Source: Octopus bimaculoides
Taxonomy: Eukaryota
DNA length: 64,000 bases
Assembly: GCF_001194135.2 (NCBI RefSeq)
Contig: NC_068998.1
Location: forward strand, 2,507,156-2,571,155
Direction of reading: 5' to 3'
Shown: one piece after another, positions 39,369-51,514 of the stretch
Layout: each line of letters opens with the position of its first letter
How positions within the stretch are numbered: position 1 is the stretch's first letter
The notes under the pieces: model-generated
Told to the model about the DNA's origin: nothing
The model's input: the letters and a program-made list of their open reading frames with translations, nothing else
The model's database searches: none
Position numbers and translations under genes: made by a program

Positions 39369-39704
39369 GACAGACATACACACATGAGGATGTGTGTGTA
39401 TATATCTATACATACATCTGGGTGTGTGTGTGGCGCACATACATGCATGCTCATAATGTAAACAAATTTGGTAGCTATTGCAGTAGCTCCAACTTGAAAT
39501 TCTCTCAGCTTATGTTTTTACTATCAACAGTTGGAAGACTTACATAAGATAATTATTGGCAAAGCAGTAGCAAAGATGAAGTAGTAAATCTCTTCCAACA
39601 CAGAATTCACCAAAGTCTACAAGAAATGGTAGAGGCATTATAAAATAGATTGAAAAATATCTCCAGGATTCTGTCAGAGATTTCAGCTATTTGTATCTAG
39701 GTCT

Positions 39705-39742
<38 letters not shown>

Positions 39743-40434
39743 CATGTGGATATACGTGTGTGTAAATCTGTGTGAATGTATATCTGTATATCCTATAGTG
39801 ATTTCAGTTTAAATTTATTTAGCAAAGCCTACAATTCTGTTTTCTCAATTGGAACCTAACAACTGTTATTTAGAAATGTCTGAAACGTTTATCTAGGTGG
39901 TATAGTTGTTAACTTGTGGTAGGTAACAACATTGAGGTACTGCAGACAGTAAATATTTAACTGATCTAATGAATCTGTAATCCTGCCTTTTGGATCCCCC
40001 ACCGAGTGGAAACCTATTTGGGGTCTCACTTCCCTTTATCACACCTTGGTTCCTTCCCTTCTCACTGCCATGTTCCAACTGCCATACACTAACGGGGGGG
40101 GGGGGGACAATGGACATTTATACAAGGCTCACAGATAAAAGAAAAGATGCCTCAGGCGAAAACCTCAAAGTAACAACTTTATACTAATGCAACATCAAGT
40201 TAATGTAAGAAACCAGGTCAGTGATTTGGATACATTTAATTAATCTTGATAAGGGCTTTTATTCAATTATTCTTGGACCTTGTCAGCAAGAATGCCATGG
40301 CAACTGAGCTATGCACACACGCACACACACACATGTACACATGCACAAAATTAGCTCACTCTCAATAAATATTTACATCATGTACTGAGGGCATTTTCTT
40401 TCATTTGGAAATATAAACATATCATCATATAAGC

Positions 40435-40690
40435 CAGTGGTTCTCAACCGGATTCCCCATGGCCCTTGGTCGGAGGGTCTAGATAAGATTTTATTGTTGA
40501 AATTTATCTGCAATAAATTGATTATACCTGTGTAATACACAAAATGTTTTAATTTTTTGATACAATTTCTAATAATATCTAATAATAAAAGTATAATAGG
40601 AGTTTTTGTAATCCTGGAATGACTAGGAAGGGCCATTCGAGTGAAATAGGAATGAAAGGGTTCCATAGGGAACAAAATAGTTGGGAAACA
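40435..40690 (-). mobile_element. hAT (Charlie-type) MITE, decayed
   Basis: Begins CAGTGGTTCTCAACC and is the reverse complement of the 45734-46314 element without its nested insert; degenerate 8-bp flanks ATATAAGC / GTATAAAC. Confidence 0.72.
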
Positions 40691-40709
40691 TGTATAAACC
40701 ACATATATG

Positions 40710-40936
40710 ATTATTTACATTATTTACATTTGACAGATATTTCTCCTCATCTTGTTGTTAACACAACGTTTCGGCTGATATACCCTCCAGCCTTCGTCAG
40801 GTGTCTTGGGGAAATTTCGAACCTGGGTTCTCATTCCTAACGATGTTACTATTATTATTATATTATTATTATTACTATTATTAATCAGGTCGCTGCCGTG
40901 AATCGCTCTTAACCGCTACGCCATATGCCCACGGGC
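40710..40936 (-). mobile_element. Short Penelope-like/retrozyme element with tRNA-like head and hammerhead ribozyme
   Basis: Minus strand: A-box TGGCGTAGCGG (40923-40913), (TAA)n linker, GGTTCGAAATT (40823-40813), hammerhead core, AT-rich tail AAATGTAAATAATGTAAATAAT; runs into the gap at 40937. Confidence 0.75.
40760..40805 (-). ncRNA. Minimal type-I hammerhead ribozyme
   Basis: 5'-GACAC CTGACGA A GGCTG GAGGGTATAT CAGCC GAAACGT T GTGTT-3': stem I GACAC/GTGTT, core CUGANGA, stem II GGCTG/CAGCC, GAAA, palindromic stem III ACGT, cleavage triplet GUU. Confidence 0.82.
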
Positions 40937-41500
40937 NNNNNNNNNNNNNNNNNNNNNNNNNNNNNNNNNNNNNNNNNNNNNNNNNNNNNNNNNNNNNNNN
41001 NNNNNNNNNNNNNNNNNNNNNNNNNNNNNNNNNNNNNNNNNNNNNNNNNNNNNNNNNNNNNNNNNNNNNNNNNNNNNNNNNNNNNNNNNNNNNNNNNNNN
41101 NNNNNNNNNNNNNNNNNNNNNNNNNNNNNNNNNNNNNNNNNNNNNNNNNNNNNNNNNNNNNNNNNNNNNNNNNNNNNNNNNNNNNNNNNNNNNNNNNNNN
41201 NNNNNNNNNNNNNNNNNNNNNNNNNNNNNNNNNNNNNNNNNNNNNNNNNNNNNNNNNNNNNNNNNNNNNNNNNNNNNNNNNNNNNNNNNNNNNNNNNNNN
41301 NNNNNNNNNNNNNNNNNNNNNNNNNNNNNNNNNNNNNNNNNNNNNNNNNNNNNNNNNNNNNNNNNNNNNNNNNNNNNNNNNNNNNNNNNNNNNNNNNNNN
41401 NNNNNNNNNNNNNNNNNNNNNNNNNNNNNNNNNNNNNNNNNNNNNNNNNNNNNNNNNNNNNNNNNNNNNNNNNNNNNNNNNNNNNNNNNNNNNNNNNNNN

Positions 41501-41576
41501 TTATCAGCCGAAACGTTGTGTTAACAACAAACAAGATGAGGAGAAATATCCGTCAAATGTAAATAATGTAAATAAT
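41501..41576 (+). mobile_element. Inverted second copy of the hammerhead-bearing element (3' half only, rest in gap)
   Basis: ATCAGCCGAAACGTTGTGTTAACAAC(AAAC)AAGATGAGGAGAAATATCCGTCAAATGTAAATAATGTAAATAAT is nearly the exact reverse complement of 40710-40779. Confidence 0.8.
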
Positions 41577-41760
41577 TCCTCATCTCTTAAATATAGAACT
41601 GTATTATATATGCTGTATTATCAAACTCCCTCCAACCCATGCAAACATCTTCTCTCTAAGTATCTGTGTTGATACACTTAGCATAGAGATTCTATGTATT
41701 TAATTTGTTCAACTACACTCTGTTAAGAAGGCCAGCTGTAGTTCACCAAACAAGTCTCTG

Positions 41761-41938
41761 AGCCGTAACTTGATCTGCTAGACATAGCAACCAAATCAAA
41801 CCTCAAATTACTCCCTGCTTTCTTGAAAACATAGAAAGACATTGGATAATGTATTCTTAGATAGGAAATACTCTAGAGAAGACAAGAATGCCTTCAATCG
41901 AAGATGTACTCTGTCACAGCCAACCTGGGGTTAAACAG
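41761..41938 (+). repeat. Abundant unclassified interspersed repeat, family D
   Basis: CTAGAxATAGCAxCCAAATC...GACATTGGATAATGTA...GAATGCCTT...ACCTGGGGxTAAACAAC; related copies near 6500-6670, 19130-19310(-), 23680-23850, 27600-27740(-), 28560-28740, 31985-32345(-, two copies), 46335-46480, 47195-47372, 56440-56560(-), 60150-60265. Confidence 0.75.
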
Positions 41939-42516
41939 TGATGACAGGCACCTCAACCAATTTCCCATAAAACAACAAAACTGAAAGCTGGAGTTGACAA
42001 ACAACCCCTTTCTTTCCTGGCCATCACTTCCAGCATAGTGTAACACTGGAGGCGGGAATATATTCACATGAATGATGATGATGATGATAGTGGTTGTAGT
42101 GATGGAGCTGATGATGTCAATAATAACAAAAACAATAACAACAGTTATAAGAATATTAGGTGCATGGCGTATTAAAGCGTTTAGCTTCTGTAAAGCCAGA
42201 CATCTGATAAAATTTTCTCATATTGGGTTTCTGGAATTTAGATCGGAAGAAGATTACACACACACACACACACACACACATACAGAGGGAGGGAGAGAAG
42301 AAGAAAGAGAGAGGGAGAAGGAGGGAGACAGGGTAAGAGAGAAAGAGAAAGTCCTGTCTTTTAGGAAGTGACTATGACTGAATGGTTATATTATGTATAT
42401 TTTCTGTCACCAAAAACTTATCTTATTTTCATGGTGACTGACAGATTATTGGTTAAAATTGATTGACTCTTTTATTTTGTTGCTGCCTTACTTTTTTCAA
42501 GTCAGATAATTCCTCT

Positions 42517-42548
<32 letters not shown>

Positions 42549-43230
42549 GTGCACAAATAAAATTTCCATTTAATAACCTTCAAAGTTATTCAGAAGTGTT
42601 TGAATATAAAACTACTTGTGTCGTATGAGGAATCGTATTTCAAACATTTTGGTTAAAATCTGCAGACAGCAGGAGCTTTTTATTTTTTAGCATTAAATGA
42701 ATGAATGAAAATCAGATGGCAAGTGGGGGTAGGGGTGGAGTGTTGCATGTGCAGTGTAGGAGGGTTTTTTTTTTTTTAATTCCCCAGATATGGGGAAAAT
42801 TAAGCATGTCATCGTGATTAAATTTTACTGAGCTTCTGAAAAGTTTCAACAATTCCTCACATACAATTCTAAAATTATACGGAAACTGTTTTAATCTTAG
42901 ACTCTGTTCTCAGTTTCTCATAACATCATCACCACCACCATCATTGTTTCAACATCTACGTTTCCATGTTTGTATCGGTCAGATGAGATTACATAGGGAT
43001 AGGTAAGAAGCCAACCCCTGTCTGTTTCCAGATGGGATAATAATCTCTCAGTTCTACTGAACAACAAACAGCTTGGACAAGTTCTTCTGGTGGACGGCAG
43101 GCAAATGACATCATCAGCAAGGTCACTGTTTACAACCTGCACATAAACGTGAAGAAAATACGAACACACACACACACATTGGCTCTAACAACCGCAAATC
43201 CAAATATGTAAGTGCATGTGTATCCATATA

Positions 43231-43547
43231 ACTGGCATTCCATCGGTCATGGCAAGGGTTCCAGTTGATCCAATCAACAGAACAACCTACTTATGAAATT
43301 AATGTGCAAGTGGCTGAGCACTCCACAGACACGTGTACCCTTAACATTGTTCTCAGTGAGATTCAGTGTGACACAGAGTGTGACAAGGCTGGCCCTCTTG
43401 AATTACAGGTACCACTCATTTCTGCCAGCTGAGTGAACTGGGGCAGCATGAAATAAAGTGTCTTGCTCAGGGATGCAATACGCTGGCAGGAATTGAACTC
43501 TTGTCTTTACCCTTGGGAGCTGAATGCTCTTAACCATGTGCCTTCAC
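43231..43547 (-). mobile_element. tRNA-derived SINE, family C
   Basis: Minus strand head with GAGTTCAATTCC B-box, CTGAGCAAGACACTTTATTTCA core, body shared with 7485-7590. Confidence 0.82.
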
Positions 43548-44432
43548 TGTGTATAAATACAAAGAGAGAGACACACAAGTGAGAGATAGAGTGTGTGTGT
43601 GTATGTGTGTGTCTATTATCTTTTACTTGTTTTGGTCATTAGACTGTGGCCATGCTGGGGCACCACCTTGAAGTCAATTCATTTGAGTCAAATGAATTGA
43701 CTCCAGGATTTATTTTTGAATGCCTGGTACTTATTCTATCAGTCTTTTTGCCAAACTGCTAAGTTACAGAGATGTAAACATAACAATACCAGTTGTCAAG
43801 CAGTGATGGGGAACAAAGACAGACACAGACACACATATTAAATATTTCTATCTATCTATCTATCTATCTATCTATATATATATACAGATTGCTTTCTTGA
43901 CTGATTAAGAAATAAGTAAAAAAAAGAAACAGGAATATTGCCATGTGACAAGTGAAATAACTCAGCATTTCATTAGGATGAAATCACAGGTTTCAAATCT
44001 CAATCTGGGCACCATGTGCTGGGTCCCTAGAGTAAGTGAAACCATTGGATTGATTATATGGAAATGGTACAGGTTACTTTGGGGAATTATTTTTTGGACA
44101 GACTAAAATCTTTTGGCAAAGAATGCTTAGGCCAAGAATTCAATCTCTGTATGACTCACTTAGACTCTAAAAGAGAAGGGGAAAAAATCTTTTTATTTCT
44201 CTTTCACTAATCTAATGGGTAGTGGTGGGATATGGTGGCAGTGGTGAATATCATGGTTGTAATGGTGGTGGTGGTGTGCATGGTGGATGGCTTAAAGATA
44301 ATTGTGCGAGTCTAGAGTGTTAAAGATTAGTTCTAGAATAAAGAAATACGTCTTGACCTAGATGCACATCCAGCAAGACTGAGTACAGGATTTTATCTAA
44401 AGGGGAAGAAACAAATGTTTCAAGACAACTTT

Positions 44433-44642
44433 TCTCTTTTACTTATTTGAGTCCTTTGACTGTGACCATGCTGGTGCACTGCCTTGAAGGATTTTAGGTA
44501 AACAAATCGACTCTAGGATTTATTATTTTTTGAAGTCTAATACTTGTTCTATTGGTTTCTTTTGCCGAACCACTAAGTTACAGGGATGTAAACACACCAT
44601 TACTGATTGTCAACCAGTGGTGAGTGACAAACACACACAGAG

Positions 44643-44693
<51 letters not shown>

Positions 44694-44865
44694 CACATAT
44701 ATATACACAATAGGTTTCTTTCAGTTTCCATCTACCAAATCCACTCACAAGGCTTTGGTCAGCCTGAGGCTATAGTAGAAGACACTTGCTCAAGTTGCCA
44801 TGCGGTAGGACTGAACCTGGGACCATGTGGTTGAGAAACAAACTTCTTAGCACACAGCCATACCT
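44433..44865 (-). mobile_element. tRNA-derived SINE, family B, full length
   Basis: Colinear with 26763-27135, internal (TA)n expanded. Confidence 0.85.
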
Positions 44866-45733
44866 GAGCTCTTGAATAGATAAATACAACAGTGACCAGC
44901 AAAGTTGACTTAGATTGTTAACTTCACCCCCTGAGAAGATGGTAGTGTGACCAGAATCTCAGTANNNNNNNNNNNNNNNNNACAGTGACCAGCAAAGTTG
45001 ACTTAGATTGTTAACTTCACCCCCTGAGAAGATGGTAGTGTGACCAGAATCTCAGTAAATATTATTGCCTATTTTTTTAATGTAGTCACAGAACTGAAAG
45101 ATTCTTTAAATTGCCAAAATGAGCTGCTTCAGAATATGAACATTAGAAACGGTTCACAGATTTCTTAATTGTTTATGCAACCAAACAGATATTAATGAAA
45201 TGCTGGATAATTCCTCTATCTCTCAGACAATTACAAGAATATACACATACATAATATATACATACATACATGTGTATATGTCTGTTCACGTGTGCAAATA
45301 TACATAGTTGATTTGTATACTCACGTGTATGTGCTCGTGTGTGTGTGTGGTTTCAAAAAGAAGTTGAATTGCGAATCAGAACATCTTAAGTTTCCACCAC
45401 ATTAAACATTAAGAGTTATTTGTGTGTCAATGAATGAATACCACTAATTTACTACATAAGCTTACTCTCATAATTATTCCCCACCTCCATCCTCCACCCA
45501 TTCAGTTTAATCTTGATGATTTCATTAAACAAAAATGTTCATTCTTCTATTGTATACAGTGTGCTCATTAAAATTAACCACCATAAATTTAGTTTTTTTC
45601 TTAATTTCAAAATAAGAGAAGTTGGGTTAGGACAAAACACTTTATGGTTCCTTGTGTTCCTAAAATTAAACCCTACTAACATCTCACTTTAATGCTATTT
45701 CGAAGACAAGTCAATGAGACAGACCCTCTACGT

Positions 45734-46314
45734 CAGTGGTTCTCAACCAATCTTTTTTACCTATGGGTCCTTTTGATTCCTATTTTAATCGGGTGGACCC
45801 ACATTCAATGTTTTAAAAAAATCATATTATATTTTTTGAGGCAAGGTGGATGAGTTCCTTTCGAGTGTTGGGCCTCACAGAGGCAATGACCAAGACCTTT
45901 GGCATTATGTCGTGCTAAAGAAGAAGACCCATCAAGCTGAACAAAATTGCAGTTGTGGCAGATACTGGTGTCACACAAATTGGCACCCGTGTCGGTAGCA
46001 TGTAAACGCACCAGAGTATCATGCAAATGGCACCCATGCCAGGGGCACGTAAAAGCATCCAGCCGTAGAAAACTATGCGAAATCAGACTGGAGTCTGGTG
46101 CAGCCTTCCAGCATGCCAGTCCAATGAAATCATCCAATCTATGCCAACATGGACAACGGACATTAAATGATGATGATGATGATGATGATGATAACATTGA
46201 GAATTGTATAAAAAAAATTTTTTATATTGTAACCAGTTTATTGCAGATAAATTTTAACAACAATATCTTATGTGGACCCCTAAGGGCCATATGGACTCTG
46301 GTTGAGAACTTCTG
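45734..46314 (+). mobile_element. hAT (Charlie-type) MITE with perfect 8-bp TSD
   Basis: TIRs CAGTGGTTCTCAACC / GGTTGAGAACTTCTG; TSD CTCTACGT at 45726-45733 and 46315-46322. Confidence 0.92.
45838..46192 (+). mobile_element. Non-autonomous retroposon, family E, (GAT)n tail, nested in the hAT MITE
   Basis: Ends CATGGACAACGGACATTAAA(TGA)n, a tail type seen in RTE-mobilised elements (inference). Other copies near 30530-30665(-), 38930-39165, 48780-48895(-), 50030-50135, 50690-51095(-), 58590-58660, 63820-63915(-). Confidence 0.8.
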
Positions 46315-48323
46315 CTCTACGTGATCTCTTGATTTTCTAGAACTAGCAGCCAAATCTCCCTCTGATCACATCCTGCTGTCTTGTCCTAGGTTCGCTGAAC
46401 AAGGTAAAAGACAGGATGATCAAAGCCGGCTTTGATCGTCAGCCTGCAAAAATCAGGGCTGACTTGGAACTAAACAACAACAATAACAACTGCCAAGCAG
46501 TGGGAGGAGATTGTTTTTTTTTATATTTATTGCTTGTGGAAAAAGAAACGTAAATAAGGAAGTAGATGTTTAATAATAAAGGGCTGTAAAGAATAAAAAG
46601 GGACTCCCTAAGATTATATATCAGTGTTTATGTATGTGCATAAATATTGTACCCTGCCACCCCACCCCACTCCCTGCTTCATTTCATGCCCACTTCCTAT
46701 GATGTTAGGTTAATGTCATCTACTTGTACATACACACACACACTACACGTGTATACAAACAAACTATGTGGTATACACACATCCACACCAAGTATACTCA
46801 CAAACATATAAATGTGATACATAAACTTTTACAGGCACAAATAAAAAAAGCACACACACACACAAACAACATCTTCATACATCTATACACCAGTATACAA
46901 CACTTCTACATACATAAGCCATGCATAGAATGTAGTGCTCCAGTATGGCCATTATCATGATGGCTAAAACAAACTAAAGAAAGGAAAACACCCACACGAC
47001 ATCTGCTTAAACTATCCATACATAAATGAAACAATAGTACCAGGTTCAGTCCGACTGCATGGGACCTGGGATGGTCATGAATGGAATGCCCTTAATCATA
47101 GGTTTGCTCAATTGGGGCTTCTCTGGGAGTAAACAACAACAACAACCACCAAATGGATGAGGCAGCAGACAAGGAAGGGTCAGAAAGTTTTATATGGTTG
47201 CTCAACCTGCAAGAAATAGCAGTCAAATCTCCCATGAATCATACCTTGCTGTCTTGAAAAAAAAAAAGGAAGGACACATTGTACATTGTAAGACCTAGAG
47301 ATGACTTGGTTGGAATATCTTTTGATTATAAGTCTTCTCAGTTAAGAACGACCCAGGGCTAAACAACATCTCCCAAACCACCATGAAACCTGCCTCTTCA
47401 TGTCTCTATCACCTTCTTTCCGTCTACCCCACCCCCTCCCCAGTGTTAATGAAGTTTGGATAGAAATAAGAGGAAGTAGAAATTGAGAGAGTGAGAGAGA
47501 GAGAGAGAGAGAAAAAAGAATAGTGAAGAAGAGAGAGTAGGACAAAGAATGAAATACCATAATTTTGTTTTGAAGAAATATAGATGTGTTGGGGTGGTGG
47601 AGAGTATAGGGTCCAGGTGGGATGCATTTATCTGGACCCCAACCACATGCATTTCCTCCTGTCTGAACCGAGTGAGGTGAGAGGGTAGTGGGACAGAGGT
47701 TTACACCCTACTGATTTCCTTCCACACCTTGCCATGTCATGCATGGACAGCGATGGAGTGGAACTTGGCTTCTTCAGTCTCTCATTCAAGATAAGTCTCC
47801 CTGATGTGAAGTAGAATTATAACCTCCCATCCCCACCCACCTTGCCACCGCCACATGCATCTCCACCAGAAAATATCAACCCTTCCCTCCTACCATTACA
47901 AGAAACAAAAAATAAATAATGGTGAAAGCTTTTCCATCTTTCCCCCTTTTTTTTCATTTTTCTTCTGAGCTGTTTCTGTCTCCTTAGACAAGACAAATCA
48001 CACCACTTTGTCTTATCTATACATTGGTTGCCAACAGGTTCCACCTCCTTAAGCCATAGTTAAGTGGTTAAGTAACTACTAAGGCAGGCAGGCTCAGGAG
48101 TTCAAACTCTGTAATAGCCATTTCATTAAGATCCACTTTATTCTTAGATAAAACACACCATTCTACTTGACTTACTTTTGGAACAATTATTAACCCAGGA
48201 ATTCCCAATGCCACACCCCAACATTCAGCTTCATTGTCAGATACTCCACCACACTACCACAAACACCTCCCCACCATTGTATAGGTTTACTCCAGAAAAG
48301 TGATGTTGTCACTGAACATATTA

Positions 48324-48520
48324 TATGAAGGGTGCTCAACAGTCCCTGGCATTGGGTAAAAGAAAATTCCAGAGGATCAGTTAACTATGATTTTATTCAA
48401 CATATTCCCCTCTCATATTCACACACTTATTGCAACAGTCCTTCAGTTTTTCTAAGCCCTATAAAAGAACTTGGAATGTTGGGCCTCCAACCAGGCCTTT
48501 TGCGATACCCTTAAAGCCAG
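48324..48520 (-). mobile_element. mariner-derived MITE
   Basis: Minus strand AWLEAQHSKFFYR / LEKLKDCCNKCVNMRGEYVE* (mariner C-terminus, one frameshift) followed by TIR-like TATGAAGGGTGCTCAACAGTCCCTGGC. Confidence 0.82.
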
Positions 48521-49120
48521 TACCCACTTGTAGAAGTCAAAATACTCCATGTGGCGGCACTGAACTAGTCCTGACTTTGGGTACAGCTTAGAATACAGTA
48601 AACAATGGATAGTTCTTAGAATAACAGAAATTATTTTGGAATAACAGATTTTGTCCAATACGCACCGTAAAATATTAGAAGCTTGCACCAAGTTATTGTG
48701 GTTTCAGCCTTTTATCAGCCGTCATTCAACAGATCCTATAATCAAAGACATTCCAGCCATGGCCATACCCTCTGAACATTACATCATCATCATTTAACGT
48801 CCATTGTCCATGCTGACATGGGTTTGACGGTTTGACCAGGGCTGGTAAGCTGAGGGGCTGCACCAGACCCCAGTCTGATTTGGCATGGTTTCTATTCCTA
48901 ACACCAATGTTTCCCATGAAATATTGTTCTTTTTGTTTTAAGACAGTAGAGTATGATGTGAAGGACATTTGGCTGTTATTCTGAACACTTCAACTAACCA
49001 CATGGTGGTTCTCACTCTGGAGTGATGGTTTTTCTGACTGCTTTCTCTACCATTTTAAACATTACCAAAATCAGAGTGTATACACAACTTCATTCTACAT
49101 CAGTGTGTTTGCTGACAACA

Positions 49121-49156
<36 letters not shown>

Positions 49157-50689
49157 TTGCATGTAATCTTTGTTTATTCTTGTCTGCCTTGCTTTTTCTC
49201 TTCCATGGGTAGGCATGTGCAAGCATAAATCTATCTTGAGAAACACTTCATAGCAATAATAATAACATTGCTATTAATTAATGAGCAACAGCTTAGATGA
49301 GAGAGAGAGAGAGAGAGAGATTGACTTTGTAATTTAGAAATTACTATCAGCAGTTAAAGAAATTGGAGTGCAAAATTAGGCATTTTTTTTTTACATGATG
49401 CATCTGTCTGGTTAAGAAGTTTACTTCTTAACCATTCCCATTATTGTATAGAATCATAGACAAGTGTCTTCTCTTCTGGCCCAGGGTTGACCAAAGCTTT
49501 GTAAGTGAATTTGGTAGACAGAAACTGAAAGAAGCTTAGGATAATATATGTCTTTTTTTATTTCACGTTGTATATATATATATACACACACACACACACA
49601 TGCATACGTGTGTGTGAGTGTGCTAGAGACAAGGAAGGGAGAGAGGGAAGACAAAGAGATTTCCTTGAAACCTGTAGATTTCGCTGAGAAATTCTTAACC
49701 AAGCTTAAAAAAAGAACAAGACAAATACAACAAGAATATAATATGATAGATCATATTTTGTAAGAAATAATGGCTGCATAGGTAAAAAGCTTGCTTTGCA
49801 ATGATCTGGTTCCAGGTTCAGTCTCACTGCCTGGCATCTTGGGAAAATGTCTTCTACTGTGACTCCAAGCAGACCAAAGGATTGTGAGTGGATTTTGTTG
49901 ACAGAAACTAAAAAAGTCTGTGTGTGTGTGTGTGTCCTCGACTTGATGCTGTGTTATTCATTTCTAATATTCTGTGACAAATATGTCTAACCATAGGAAA
50001 ATATTACCTTACTTGGAAACAGATGAGGGTCGGGTGATAGGAAGGACATTTTGCTTTAAAATATTTGCCCTGGAGGAATAGCCTGCCTCTGAGCTATGTC
50101 AGGATGGAAAAGCGGATGTGATGATGATGATGAATAGCATTAGAGAAAGAAGAGAAAATGTTAAGTAGAGTGAGAGAGGTTTCTTTAAGTAAGAAATAAA
50201 TTATATAACACGAATAATCATTCATTAAAGTTGATGAGAAAAGCAAGGAAAGATCAAGGTACTTAGCTACAAGTAAAAGTTATATTTTCATGTTCTACTG
50301 GCAATGAAAAACAGAGTCAAAATGACTAAGAGACAGGGCGAGGAAAGAGAAATACACATACTTTAAATTTGCTGCCTGTGGGAAGAATTTCTTGAGTACA
50401 AGTTCTTAGACCCATAAGCAATTCGATAAAGAAACCACACAAAACAGAACATCACATGTAAGATATGGTCCCCTGACTCATGTCTTGAAGAGTAGGAATT
50501 CCAAGTGGGAGCCAGCCTAGATATTCACAGCCCTCCAACTCATGGCAGTATTAAAAGTGGATGCAAAACTCTGATGAGATAAGGTGTGTGTGAGCCTGTG
50601 TATATATGTACATATGTATTTAATACAAATATTATGTGTGCACATATATATGTTTTACATAATTATATTTATGTATATATATGTATATT

Positions 50690-51095
50690 ATCATCATCCT
50701 TGAAAATCTGTTTTCCATGCTGGCATGGGTTGGACAGTTTGACAGGAGCTGGCACGGCTGGAGCACTACACCAGGCTCCAATTGTCTATTTTGGCATGGT
50801 TTATGCCCTTCCTAATGCCAACCACTTTACAGAGTGTACTGGGTGCTTTTACACAGCACCAGCAGAGGTGCTTTTACGTGGCACTGGCATGGGTGCATTT
50901 TATGCAGCACTGACACCCACAAGCCTGCAAGATTAGGAATATTCAGCTAAGGAAGGATGTAGGGTATTTTCCTGTATGCAAGGGCAACCACTATTTTATT
51001 TAGCATGACTGTCTTCTCAAACACAGCAAACTGCCAGAAGTCTCAGCCCTCCATCATCCCCTCTGTGAGGCTCAGTATCTAAAGATCCTTTCTCA
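50690..51095 (-). mobile_element. Family E retroposon, near full length
   Basis: Reverse complement colinear with 45838-46192, including the GAGCCTCACAGAGG 5' part. Confidence 0.75.
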
Positions 51096-51098
51096 TAT

Positions 51099-51473
51099 AT
51101 TTTTATTTGTTTTCAGTCATTTGACTGCGGTCATGCAGGAGCACCACCTTTTAGTCGAACAAACCAACCCCAAGACTTATTCTTTGTAACCCGAGTACTT
51201 ATTCTATCGGTCTCTTTTGCCAAACTACTAAGCTACAGGAACATAAACACACCAGCATTGGTTGTCAAGCGATGGTGGTGGGGACAAACATACACACACA
51301 CACACACATACGACGGGCTTCTTTCAGTTTCTGTCTACCAGATCCACTTACAAGGCTTTGGTTGGCCCAAGGCTATAGTAGAAGACACATATGCCCAAGA
51401 TGCCATACAGTGGGACTAAACCCAGAACCTTGTGGTTGGTAAGCAAGCTACTTACCACACAGCCACTCCTGCA

Positions 51474-51474
<1 letters not shown>
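51099..51474 (-). mobile_element. tRNA-derived SINE, family B, full length
   Basis: Colinear with 26763-27135. Confidence 0.87.

Positions 51475-51514
<40 letters not shown>

Noticed and set aside
44889-45057. Exact 76-bp direct repeat on either side of a 17-N gap
   Set aside because: Perfect identity abutting a tiny gap is the signature of unmerged overlapping contig ends, an assembly artefact.
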